Positions 1 to 7,963 of a DNA stretch of 25,712 bases are shown here, one piece after another. Both the position numbers and the translations under genes were made by a program. The DNA comes from a virus (lineage: Duplodnaviria > Heunggongvirae > Uroviricota > Caudoviricetes), in IMG/VR virus record IMGVR_UViG_2706794687_000008; one strand, given 5' to 3'. Under the pieces are notes generated by a model. That model did not search any database. It worked only from the letters and a program-made list of their open reading frames with translations, and was not told where the DNA came from. Positions within the stretch are counted from its first letter, which is position 1. Every line of letters starts with the position of its first letter.

Positions 1-468
1 CAGCGCATAAATAATGTAAAGGCGTCCTTTTAGATATATCTTATCAAATGTTAATGACTTGAGTGGGAAATATGATTCCAGCAACTTATCATGTGGCTAC
101 TTTATAAAAATAATGCCCATATAAAACAACAAGCGAAAAGGATTACGGATAAAAAAGGAGCGAGATGTGCGAACTTGTTATTTTCCATGTTTAACCACCT
201 TAAATAATTGATGATGACGGGATGATTGCATCTGTAATGCTTTTATTGAAATGTTATGATAAAAAAGAACTTTTGCATAACATTAAAATGTAATTTATCT
301 AATCGTTTTTAATAATAAGTGTCGTATTTCTATCCTTGTACCAGCTATTTGATATGTAGTGTTTGTTCATGCTATGTGGGGCTTTACACCATAGCCAGTT
401 TATTTATACTTTATTCGTCAGCCTGAACAACTGGCATCTGCTGCGCTGCGCCATCGAGAGATTGAGAA

Positions 469-1068
469 ATGGCGCATATACAACTGGTCAAACAAACCTC
501 TTCTGGTTTACTTCTCCCGGCGACGCCGGAGAGTTGCGATTTTCTGCATCAAATCAAAATAGGTGAGTGGATACACGCAGACTTTAAGCGTGTGCGTAAC
601 TACGCATTCCACAAGCGTTTTTTCAAACTCCTGCAACTGGGATTCGATTACTGGACTCCGGTCGGTGGGGCGATCACGCCTCGCGAACGAGAACTGCTGT
701 CTGGTTTCGTTGATTACCTGTGCGAATCAGTTGGTCGGGAACACACGCCAGCCCTGAGTGATGCCGCAGAGCAATACCTTAACACCGTTGCGACTCGTAG
801 AACCCGGGATACGGCGTTGCTAAAGTCGTTTGAGGCTTTCCGCGAGTGGGTAACCATTCAGGCCGGATTTTACACCGAGCATATTTATCCGGACGGTAGC
901 CGTGGGCGTCGGGCAAAATCCATCGCTTTTGCGAATATGGACGAAGTCGAGTTTCAGCAGGTTTATAAATCTGTACTGAATGTGCTGTGGAACTGGATTC
1001 TGTTCCGTAAATTCTCCTCTCAGGAGGAAGTTGAAAATGTGGCCGCACAACTACTGGAGTTTGCGTAA
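469..1068 (+). CDS. DUF1367-family lambdoid nin-region protein (YbcN-like), function unknown
   Basis: 199 aa ORF with ATG at 469 and a GAGAG purine run upstream. Its stop overlaps the next start (TAATG at 1066-1070). The translation resembles DUF1367 proteins found between replication genes and Q in lambdoid prophages; this is from memory, not a search. Confidence 0.6.
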   Translation: MAHIQLVKQTSSGLLLPATPESCDFLHQIKIGEWIHADFKRVRNYAFHKRFFKLLQLGFDYWTPVGGAITPRERELLSGFVDYLCESVGREHTPALSDAAEQYLNTVATRRTRDTALLKSFEAFREWVTIQAGFYTEHIYPDGSRGRRAKSIAFANMDEVEFQQVYKSVLNVLWNWILFRKFSSQEEVENVAAQLLEFA

Positions 1069-1358
1069 TGGTGAATTTACGTAAAGCGGCTAAAGGCCAG
1101 ATGTGCCAGATCAGAATCCCTGGCTACTGCAATCACAATCCCGAAACCTCTGTGCTGGCGCATTACAGGCTGGCGGGGACGTGCGGAACAGCGACAAAAC
1201 CACATGATATGCAGGCGGCGATAGCCTGTAGCTCATGCCACGATCTAATCGACGGGCGGGTAAAAACCAGCGATTACACCAAAGAAGAATTGCGCCTGAT
1301 GCATGCTGAAGGGGTTTTTCGCACACAAGAAATCTGGAGAAAGAAAGGTCATTTATGA
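1068..1358 (+). CDS. DUF1364-family protein (YbcO-like, Cys-rich putative nuclease)
   Basis: 96 aa ORF coupled to both neighbours (TAATG at its start, ATGA at its end). Several Cys/His clusters (CQIRIPGYC, CSSCHD). Size and position match YbcO-like proteins of lambdoid nin regions. Confidence 0.6.
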   Translation: MVNLRKAAKGQMCQIRIPGYCNHNPETSVLAHYRLAGTCGTATKPHDMQAAIACSSCHDLIDGRVKTSDYTKEELRLMHAEGVFRTQEIWRKKGHL

Positions 1359-1897
1359 TTTACCCAACGAATACAGGAAAAAGCGGAGAACACCTTCGCC
1401 TCACCACGCTGGAAAGTGTCTGGATTCAGGGAAAACTACGTATGTGGGGGCGCTGGTCGTATATTGGCGGTGGCAGGTCAGGGAATATGTTCAATCAGTT
1501 GTTGGCATCCAAAAAACTGACGAAAACAGCCATTAATGAAGCCCTGCGCAGAATGAAAAAAGCGGGAATAGAGAAAGCTGAGCTGGAAGCGTTTTTGCGA
1601 GAGATGATCAACGGCAAGCAAAAGAGCTGGCTGGCGCATTGTACTGATGCAGAGGCGTTATGTATTGATCGAGTCATAAGTGAGGTGCTGGCAGAGCATC
1701 CAGGATTGATTTGCATTCTCCGGCAACGCTATGAAGGGCGGGGGATGACTAAGCGCAAAATGGCTGAATTGCTAAATGATGCACACCCAGAGTGGTGTTT
1801 TAGCACATGCGAAAAACGGATTGCTAATTGGTTAGCTGTTGCTGAGTATGCCCTATATATTCCCATGCGTGAATCATTTGCTGAGAAAATGGCTTGA
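1355..1897 (+). CDS. putative late-gene antiterminator Q-like protein
   Basis: 180 aa ORF coupled to the upstream gene (ATGA overlap). It is the last gene before a noncoding region with intrinsic terminator hairpins, and a lysis cassette follows, which is the canonical Q position. Family assignment is by context and loose recollection only. Confidence 0.45.
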   Translation: MIYPTNTGKSGEHLRLTTLESVWIQGKLRMWGRWSYIGGGRSGNMFNQLLASKKLTKTAINEALRRMKKAGIEKAELEAFLREMINGKQKSWLAHCTDAEALCIDRVISEVLAEHPGLICILRQRYEGRGMTKRKMAELLNDAHPEWCFSTCEKRIANWLAVAEYALYIPMRESFAEKMA

Positions 1898-1981
1898 TTT
1901 CTTACGTATAAACTGCTTCAATTTTGCTATGCTTCGCAAAGCTGTATCGCGAGGCGGATTGCAGACATGGACATCGTAAAA

Positions 1982-2004
1982 AAACCGCTTAATGCGGTTT
2001 TTTT
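1982..2004 (+). terminator. rho-independent terminator downstream of Q (tR'-like)
   Basis: Hairpin AACCGC-TTAAT-GCGGTT followed by a run of 7 T, preceded by an A-run, about 85 nt after the Q stop. Confidence 0.6.
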
Positions 2005-2042
2005 ACGTCAGGAAAGCAGGGGAGAATGCTGCTAGTTGGGCA

Positions 2043-2079
2043 ACTGGTCTTTCTGCTCCAAATTATAACAGAGACCAGT
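2043..2079 (+). promoter_or_regulatory. inverted repeat (8 bp stem, ~21 nt loop) followed by T-rich tract
   Basis: ACTGGTCT (2043-2050) pairs with AGACCAGT (2072-2079); a T8 run follows about 20 nt downstream. Role unknown. Confidence 0.3.
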
Positions 2080-2324
2080 TATAGTTTCGGTGCTGTGTTT
2101 TTTTTACAATATTGTGATAACACATTGCTGGCGGGAGTTTTGATATTTCTTGGCAGGGGCTGATGATGCGTTATCCTGATGTCGTCAACTCATATAAAAT
2201 GAGATGAGAGATCATTGCAGGGTGGTTTGTAATTCGCTGTTTAGCGGGACAATATGTTGTCTGATACAAGACACCCGACGCCTCAGATTACTATAATAAA
2301 GACGAAGCATCCTTTGTATTGACC

Positions 2325-2350
2325 AACCGCCTGTTTAGGCGGTTCTTTTT
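2325..2350 (+). terminator. rho-independent terminator inside the AT-rich spacer
   Basis: AACCGCCT-GTTT-AGGCGGTT perfect 8 bp stem followed by CTTTTT. Confidence 0.55.
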
Positions 2351-2882
2351 GGGCTGGTTTATTGTATGCCAAATGATTATTAAAAAGGTTGTGTTAATAA
2401 CAAGATCCGAAATAATATGCCTGCATATTTTTATCTTGCTTATATTCTGCATATTGTGCATAGCAGGCTCATCCCTGCAATCAAAACTGTATGATGAGTA
2501 TTTTTTGTTTTCCTTTTTTCCAGTCATCTGATGATGACCTGCTTCTTTTTAATCCGGATCGACATCAGTTTTTTAAGATAATTCCTGCGAGTTATATGCA
2601 TAAATGCCACAAACTCCGCATTTTATGTGGTTGGGAGTTGCCGGGCGCGCAGTGAGTTTGCTAAGAAAACTCCTGCATGGTGAATCCCCCTGTGCGGTGG
2701 GGTGATACCATTAACCTTTTCTGTCGCCGACAGGTATCACGAACATTTTGTTCACCGGGAGGCACCCGGCACCATGCACTTCAATAGATTCTCTCCACAT
2801 TATGGATATTCTTTCAGAATATCCCACGCAGACTTTGTGTAAATGTTAACAAATGTGCGTTTTATTTGATCTGATTCGCTGT

Positions 2883-2912
2883 TTGAGCGTCCAAAACAAC
2901 GGTATATATAAT
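2883..2912 (+). promoter_or_regulatory. candidate sigma70 promoter for the lipoprotein moron
   Basis: TTGAGC (2883-2888), 18 bp spacer, TATAAT (2907-2912), about 30 nt upstream of the ATG at 2942. Found by eye only. Confidence 0.3.
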
Positions 2913-2941
2913 CCTTTACTATATGACATATGTGAGGAAAA

Positions 2942-3370
2942 ATGGGTTTTCGTAGCGCATCAATTCTTACGTTGATTATTAGTGGGATTATTATCGGGTG
3001 CACTGATGCTGTATCGACAAATTATCATGACCGTACATCATATTACTCCGATAAAGCAATAGAGACACAGTATGTGAGTTCATCTGAACGTACTTCTGAT
3101 GTTAGTGAGGATATCCGTCTGTATGCCCATCAAATCAAGAGCGCCATCGAAAAACAGTTCGGGGATGCGAGTAAGTATTCAGGAAAAGAGTGTACACTGA
3201 GAATGCATATGGCCCCGAATGGCCTTCTACTGGAGGTTAAAAGAGAAAGTGGAGACCTCGATTTATGTCGTGAAGCGATGAATGCGATAAAGAATGCTGA
3301 TATACCTGCCCCCCCTTCGCCGGAAGTATATAAAGTATTTCAAAATGGGGTGCTGGATTTTAAACCCTGA
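2942..3370 (+). CDS. lipoprotein with TolA C-terminal (domain III)-like domain
   Basis: 142 aa. N-terminal signal peptide ending in lipobox IIGC with Thr after the Cys, so an outer-membrane lipoprotein is predicted. RBS GAGGAAAA precedes the ATG. The C-terminal ~85 aa resemble the C-terminus of E. coli TolA as I recall it. Confidence 0.65.
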   Translation: MGFRSASILTLIISGIIIGCTDAVSTNYHDRTSYYSDKAIETQYVSSSERTSDVSEDIRLYAHQIKSAIEKQFGDASKYSGKECTLRMHMAPNGLLLEVKRESGDLDLCREAMNAIKNADIPAPPSPEVYKVFQNGVLDFKP

Positions 3371-3520
3371 TATTTATTGTTTTGTAATAAACGGTTTCGG
3401 CTTAGGTTTGTTCTGACACAGCTACGGCACTGAGCTAAATTTAGCGGATAGTCAGCTCTGAGCCAGTGGCGGACGTAACAACTACTATTGCTGAGATTTT
3501 AATGGATTGAGGAGCAAGAA

Positions 3521-3916
3521 GTGGGATTAAAGAAAATCGTTATGTTGACTTTTTGGGTCGGTTTTGTTGCGGGATGCACACCTTTACACCCTTCAGATTG
3601 CCACAAAACTACTGCTACAGGTAGTTGCAGTTCAGGACGCTGGGATGATCAGGATGAATGGGGGGCGCAAGCGCGGGGAATCAGAGCTGCAATTAATGCC
3701 AAACTTGATGAGCCGCATAACTGGAAAGGGAAAAAATGCAGGTTGCATATGGAATTCTCTCAGGATGGCACGGCGTTAAAAATATCTACCAGTAACGGTG
3801 ATAAAGCCTATTGCGAAGCGATAAAGTCCGCAGCTCATAAAGCCAAATTTCCGGCCTTCAACAATCCGGAAGTCTACAGAGATTTTCAGAAATCTGGCTT
3901 TGACATGCGAGGTTAG
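3521..3916 (+). CDS. second lipoprotein with TolA domain III-like C-terminus (paralog of 2942..3370)
   Basis: 131 aa with GTG start preceded by GGAGCAAG. Signal peptide MGLKKIVMLTFWVGFVAGC with lipobox VAGC and Thr after the Cys. Cys-rich mature N-terminus. The C-terminal half shares the motifs GK.C.L.M, C.EA..A and PEVY..FQ with the upstream paralog. Confidence 0.6.
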   Translation: MGLKKIVMLTFWVGFVAGCTPLHPSDCHKTTATGSCSSGRWDDQDEWGAQARGIRAAINAKLDEPHNWKGKKCRLHMEFSQDGTALKISTSNGDKAYCEAIKSAAHKAKFPAFNNPEVYRDFQKSGFDMRG

Positions 3917-4041
3917 CTCTTCAATTACTATATCTCATTCATAGCAAACTGACAGATTTGATGATGTTCTATATACGAAACCTGTGATGTCAAGTCTGAG
4001 CTAATACAAATAAACATAATATCAGAGAAATACATTTTATT

Positions 4042-4065
4042 AGCTCGCTACGGCGAGCTTTTTAT
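4042..4065 (+). terminator. rho-independent terminator closing the lipoprotein unit
   Basis: AGCTCGC-TACG-GCGAGCT perfect 7 bp stem followed by TTTTAT, about 125 nt after the second lipoprotein stop and about 100 nt before the holin start. Confidence 0.6.
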
Positions 4066-4167
4066 ATTGCATCGTCTCCAGCATATATATCAATTAAGGC
4101 TCTGATTGATGTGTCTGAAAGCCTACACATAATAACTATGCCATCCGTTCCGTGCGGAGGTGAGGCT

Positions 4168-4383
4168 ATGAAATCCATGGACAAAATTTCAACAGGCATT
4201 GCCTACGGCACCTCCGCAGGCAGTGCTGGCTACTGGTTTTTACAGTTGCTCGATAGAGTAACTCCGTCACAGTGGGCTGCAATCGGTGTGCTGGGTAGTC
4301 TGGTATTTGGCCTGCTGACGTACCTGACAAACCTTTATTTCAAGATTAAAGAAGATAAGCGCAAGGCTGCGAGAGGTGAATAA
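4168..4383 (+). CDS. S: class II holin, phage 21 S21 pinholin type (dual-start antiholin/holin)
   Basis: The translation from [24 protein letters not shown] to [11 protein letters not shown] closely matches my recollection of phage 21 S21 (71 aa). Dual-start motif M-K-S-M and two TMDs are present. The six-frame ORF begins at 4111, but the homologous start is the ATG at 4168, preceded by GGAGGTGAGG. Confidence 0.85.
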   Translation: MKSMDKISTGIAYGTSAGSAGYWFLQLLDRVTPSQWAAIGVLGSLVFGLLTYLTNLYFKIKEDKRKAARGE

Positions 4384-4880
4384 TGCCTCCATCATTACGA
4401 AAAGTCGTTGCTGCTGCTATTGGTGGCGGAGCAATTGCTATAGCATCAGTGTTAATCACTGGCCCAAGTGGTAACGATGGTCTGGAAGGTGTCAGCTACA
4501 TACCATACAAAGATATTGTTGGTGTATGGACTGTATGTCACGGGCATACAGGAAAAGACATCATGCTCGGTAAAACGTATACCAAAGCAGAATGCAAAAC
4601 ACTCTTGAATAAAGACCTTGCCACTGTCGCCAGACAAATTAACCCGTACATCAAAGTCGATATACCGGAAACAACGCGCGGCGCTCTTTACTCGTTCGTT
4701 TACAACGTGGGTGCTGGTAATTTCAGAACATCGACGCTTCTTCGCAAAATAAACCAGGGCGATATCAAAGGCGCATGTGATCAGCTACGTCGCTGGACAT
4801 ATGCTGGCGGTAAGCAATGGAAAGGTCTCATGACTCGTCGTGAGATTGAGCGTGAAGTCTGTTTGTGGGGTCAACAATGA
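4383..4880 (+). CDS. R: SAR endolysin (phage 21 R21-type lysozyme)
   Basis: 165 aa. N-terminal Gly/Ala-rich signal-anchor-release segment ([18 protein letters not shown]) followed by a lysozyme-like domain. Start overlaps the holin stop (TAATG). Close to R21 as I recall it. Confidence 0.9.
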   Translation: MPPSLRKVVAAAIGGGAIAIASVLITGPSGNDGLEGVSYIPYKDIVGVWTVCHGHTGKDIMLGKTYTKAECKTLLNKDLATVARQINPYIKVDIPETTRGALYSFVYNVGAGNFRTSTLLRKINQGDIKGACDQLRRWTYAGGKQWKGLMTRREIEREVCLWGQQ

Positions 4881-5430
4881 GCAGGGTAACCGCGATTATC
4901 TCCGCTCTGGTTATTTGCATCATCGTCTGCCTGTCNNNNNNNNNNNNNNNNNNNNNNNNNNNNNNNNNNNNNNNNNNNNNNNNNNNNNNNNNNNNNNNNN
5001 NNNNNNNNNNNNNNNNNNNNNNNNNNNNNNNNNNNNNNNNNNNNNNNNNNNNNNNNNNNNNNNNNNNNNNNNNNNNNNNNNNNNNNNNNNNNNNNNNNNN
5101 NNNNNNNNNNNNNNNNNNNNNNNNNNNNNNNNNNNNNNNNNNNNNNNNNNNNNNNNNNNNNNNNNNNNNNNNNNNNNNNNNNNNNNNNCGAAAGCTGAAA
5201 ATGATGCTCTGCGTGATGATGTTGCCGCTGGTCGTCGTCGGTTGCACATCAAAGCAGTCTGTCAGTCAGTGCGTGAAGCCACCACCGCCTCCGGCGTGGA
5301 TAATGCAGCCTCCCCCCGACTGGCAGACACCGCTGAACGGGATTATTTCACCCTCCGGGAACGACTGGTAATGATGCAGGCCCAACTTGAAGGTGCTCAG
5401 CAATACATAACCGAGCAGTGTTTAAAGTAA
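4877..5430 (+). CDS. Rz: i-spanin Rz (interrupted by N-run 4936-5188)
   Basis: Starts [19 protein letters not shown] (N-terminal TMD). After the gap it continues [27 protein letters not shown] and ends EQCLK, lambda Rz-like. The reading frame before and after the N-run differs, so the gap length is not faithful. Confidence 0.75.
4936..5188. other. run of 253 N (assembly gap or masked segment)
   Basis: Directly visible in the sequence; it interrupts Rz. Confidence 1.
5201..5371 (+). CDS. Rz1: o-spanin Rz1 lipoprotein embedded in the +1 frame of Rz
   Basis: [19 protein letters not shown] with lipobox VVGC, followed by a proline-rich tract [15 protein letters not shown], lying wholly inside Rz in another frame. 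Confidence 0.7.
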   Translation: MMLCVMMLPLVVVGCTSKQSVSQCVKPPPPPAWIMQPPPDWQTPLNGIISPSGNDW

Positions 5431-5495
5431 AATCTTAACTACAATATGATTCATTTTGATGATTGTTTCATAAGGAACAGTGAAGTAAGATCTAA

Positions 5496-5762
5496 NNNNN
5501 NNNNNNNNNNNNNNNNNNNNNNNNNNNNNNNNNNNNNNNNNNNNNNNNNNNNNNNNNNNNNNNNNNNNNNNNNNNNNNNNNNNNNNNNNNNNNNNNNNNN
5601 NNNNNNNNNNNNNNNNNNNNNNNNNNNNNNNNNNNNNNNNNNNNNNNNNNNNNNNNNNNNNNNNNNNNNNNNNNNNNNNNNNNNNNNNNNNNNNNNNNNN
5701 NNNNNNNNNNNNNNNNNNNNNNNNNNNNNNNNNNNNNNNNNNNNNNNNNNNNNNNNNNNNNN
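5496..5762. other. run of 267 N (assembly gap or masked segment)
   Basis: Directly visible in the sequence; it covers the predicted 5' end of trkG. Confidence 1.
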
Positions 5763-7037
5763 AAATCTGGCATTCAATTACGTACCCGTGATGGGTTTAT
5801 TATAATTGTAATGTTTTGGATTTTGTTTTCTGTTATTAGTGCATTCCCTTTATGGATTGACTCAGAACTTAATTTAACGTTCATTGATGCTCTGTTTGAA
5901 GGGGTTTCTGGAATAACAACAACAGGAGCAACTGTAATTGATGATGTTAGTTCATTACCTCGGGCATATTTGTACTATCGGTCACAGTTAAATTTTATAG
6001 GTGGTTTAGGAGTTATTGTTCTGGCGGTTGCAGTATTGCCATTATTGGGTATTGGTGGTGCAAAGCTTTATCAGTCAGAAATGCCGGGGCCATTTAAGGA
6101 TGACAAACTCACTCCCCGCCTGGCCGATACGTCACGGACACTGTGGATAACTTATTCTTTATTAGGTATTGCTTGTATTGTCTGTTATAGACTTGCAGGA
6201 ATGCCTTTGTTTGATGCTATTTGTCACGGGATTTCCACAGTTTCGCTTGGTGGTTTCTCAACTCATAGCGAGAGTATCGGATATTTTAATAACTATTTGG
6301 TTGAGCTGGTGGCTGGTTCTTTTTCCCTGCTATCGGCTTTCAACTTCACTCTTTGGTATATTGTTATTAGCAGAAAAACGATAAAACCTTTAATCAGAGA
6401 TATTGAACTTCGTTTCTTTCTGTTAATAGCCTTAGGGGTGATCATTGTTACCTCTTTCCAGGTCTGGCATATAGGTATGTATGACTTGCATGGAAGTTTT
6501 ATTCATTCGTTTTTTCTTGCCAGCTCCATGCTCACTGATAATGGTTTAGCTACGCAGGATTATGCAAACTGGCCCACGCACACGATAGTGTTTTTGCTGT
6601 TGTCAAGTTTCTTTGGGGGATGTATAGGTTCAACCTGTGGTGGAATTAAGTCACTTCGATTTCTTATACTTTTCAAACAAAGCAAACACGAGATAAATCA
6701 GCTTTCTCATCCCAGAGCGTTGTTGAGTGTAAATGTAGGAGGGAAGATAGTTACAGATCGTGTAATGAGGTCTGTATGGAGTTTCTTTTTTCTTTATACT
6801 CTCTTCACGGTGTTTTTTATACTGGTGTTAAATGGTATGGGATATGATTTTCTTACATCATTTGCAACAGTGGCTGCATGTATTAATAATATGGGATTAG
6901 GTTTTGGGGCTACTGCATCGTCATTCGGAGTGCTTAATGACATTGCAAAATATTTAATGTGCATAGCTATGATTCTTGGTCGCCTTGAAATTTATCCTGT
7001 TATTATATTGTTTTCAGGTTTTTTTTGGCGCTCCTAA
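5763..7037 (+). CDS. trkG: Trk-system K+ uptake protein TrkG/TrkH family (5' end lies in the N-run)
   Basis: Polytopic membrane protein. The frame is open straight from the gap edge (KSGIQLRTRDGFIIIVMFWILFSV) to the stop at 7037. The translation matches E. coli TrkG, the Rac-prophage K+ transporter, as I recall it, and the missing N-terminus would fall inside the gap. The segment is visibly AT-richer than the flanking phage genes. Confidence 0.85.
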   Translation, partial: KSGIQLRTRDGFIIIVMFWILFSVISAFPLWIDSELNLTFIDALFEGVSGITTTGATVIDDVSSLPRAYLYYRSQLNFIGGLGVIVLAVAVLPLLGIGGAKLYQSEMPGPFKDDKLTPRLADTSRTLWITYSLLGIACIVCYRLAGMPLFDAICHGISTVSLGGFSTHSESIGYFNNYLVELVAGSFSLLSAFNFTLWYIVISRKTIKPLIRDIELRFFLLIALGVIIVTSFQVWHIGMYDLHGSFIHSFFLASSMLTDNGLATQDYANWPTHTIVFLLLSSFFGGCIGSTCGGIKSLRFLILFKQSKHEINQLSHPRALLSVNVGGKIVTDRVMRSVWSFFFLYTLFTVFFILVLNGMGYDFLTSFATVAACINNMGLGFGATASSFGVLNDIAKYLMCIAMILGRLEIYPVIILFSGFFWRS

Positions 7038-7174
7038 TATATGGCTGATTTATAATTGTGAGTTTAATATTATGTTGACTCACTCATTGATCCAATACCT
7101 AACTTTACCAGCAACACCTCCGCCCCCAGTAGCACTGGCTGCTGGGGTGCGTTTTATTCATAAAGCAAGGCTGT

Positions 7175-7963
7175 ATGAGCGAGAAATTAAAGATAGTCTA
7201 TCGCCCATTACAAGAATTGTCACCGTATGCGCACAACGCCAGGACGCACAGTACTGAGCAGGTGGCACAACTGGTAGAAAGTATTAAGCAATTCGGCTGG
7301 ACTAATCCGGTGCTGATTGACGAAAAGGGCGAAATTATTGCGGGTCACGGTCGTGTTATGGCGGCTGAAATGCTCAAAATGGATTCTGTTCCGGTCATTG
7401 TTCTGTCTGGCCTGACGGATGAGCAGAAAAAGGCGTACCGCCTGGCAGATAATCGCCTGCCGATGAATGCTGGCTGGGATGAAGATCTGTTGCGGATGGA
7501 GCTGTCGGACCTAATCAATGCTGATTTTGATGTCTCCCTGACAGGCTTCATCCCGGCAGAAATTGATGAACTGTTGACGGATGTTTTGCCCGGTACAGGA
7601 AATGAGGAGGAGCCGTATACGACGAAAATTGATACGCCTGTTTATGAGCCGTCAGGCGGTAAACCGGATATCAGTGAACTGTACGACGATACGAAAACTC
7701 AGGAGCTGATCAGCCGGATACGTTCGGCGTCCCTTGATCCTGATATTGAGAAATTCCTCCTGTGTGCAGCAGAACGTCACACGGTGTTTAATTTCAGCAG
7801 AATTGCGGACTATTACGCTCATGCCCCCGCTGAAATTCAGTGCCTTTTCGAGGAGTCGGCGCTGGTGATCATTGATTATCAGCAGGCTATTGAAAATGGA
7901 TTTGTCCGAATGACGCAGCGCATGGTGGAGATCATGCATGGCGGGGAGGAGGAATATGCGTGA
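7175..7963 (+). CDS. ParB N-terminal domain-like protein (ParB/Srx-fold putative nuclease or DNA-binding protein)
   Basis: 262 aa. The N-terminus (KIVYRPLQELSPYAHNARTH, AQLVESIKQFGWTNPVLIDEKGEIIAGHGRVMAA) carries the hallmark ParB-box arrangement. Its stop overlaps the next start (ATGCGTGA). Confidence 0.7.
   Translation: MSEKLKIVYRPLQELSPYAHNARTHSTEQVAQLVESIKQFGWTNPVLIDEKGEIIAGHGRVMAAEMLKMDSVPVIVLSGLTDEQKKAYRLADNRLPMNAGWDEDLLRMELSDLINADFDVSLTGFIPAEIDELLTDVLPGTGNEEEPYTTKIDTPVYEPSGGKPDISELYDDTKTQELISRIRSASLDPDIEKFLLCAAERHTVFNFSRIADYYAHAPAEIQCLFEESALVIIDYQQAIENGFVRMTQRMVEIMHGGEEEYA

Noticed and set aside
363-757. Short + strand ORFs at 363..566 and 563..757 overlapping the DUF1367 gene
   Set aside because: They are alternative frames of the DUF1367 gene and its leader; the 469 start gives the product that resembles known family members.
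779-1050. Two minus-strand ORFs (89 and 76 aa) inside the DUF1367 gene
   Set aside because: They overlap a + strand gene that is translationally coupled to its neighbours; they look like frame artifacts.
2291-2531. Mutually antisense ORFs of 78 and 70 aa in the AT-rich spacer
   Set aside because: Low-complexity translations, no ribosome-binding site, and they overlap each other and the 2325-2350 terminator. A very small real gene cannot be fully excluded.
2041-2941. Possible tRNA genes downstream of Q, as in Stx phages
   Set aside because: Scanning by eye found no GTTCGAATC-type T-loop or cloverleaf-compatible segment. A proper tRNA scan is still advisable.
6169-6384. 71 aa ORF in an alternative frame inside trkG
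   Set aside because: Embedded in the reading frame of a recognisable membrane transporter; a frame artifact of T-rich codons.
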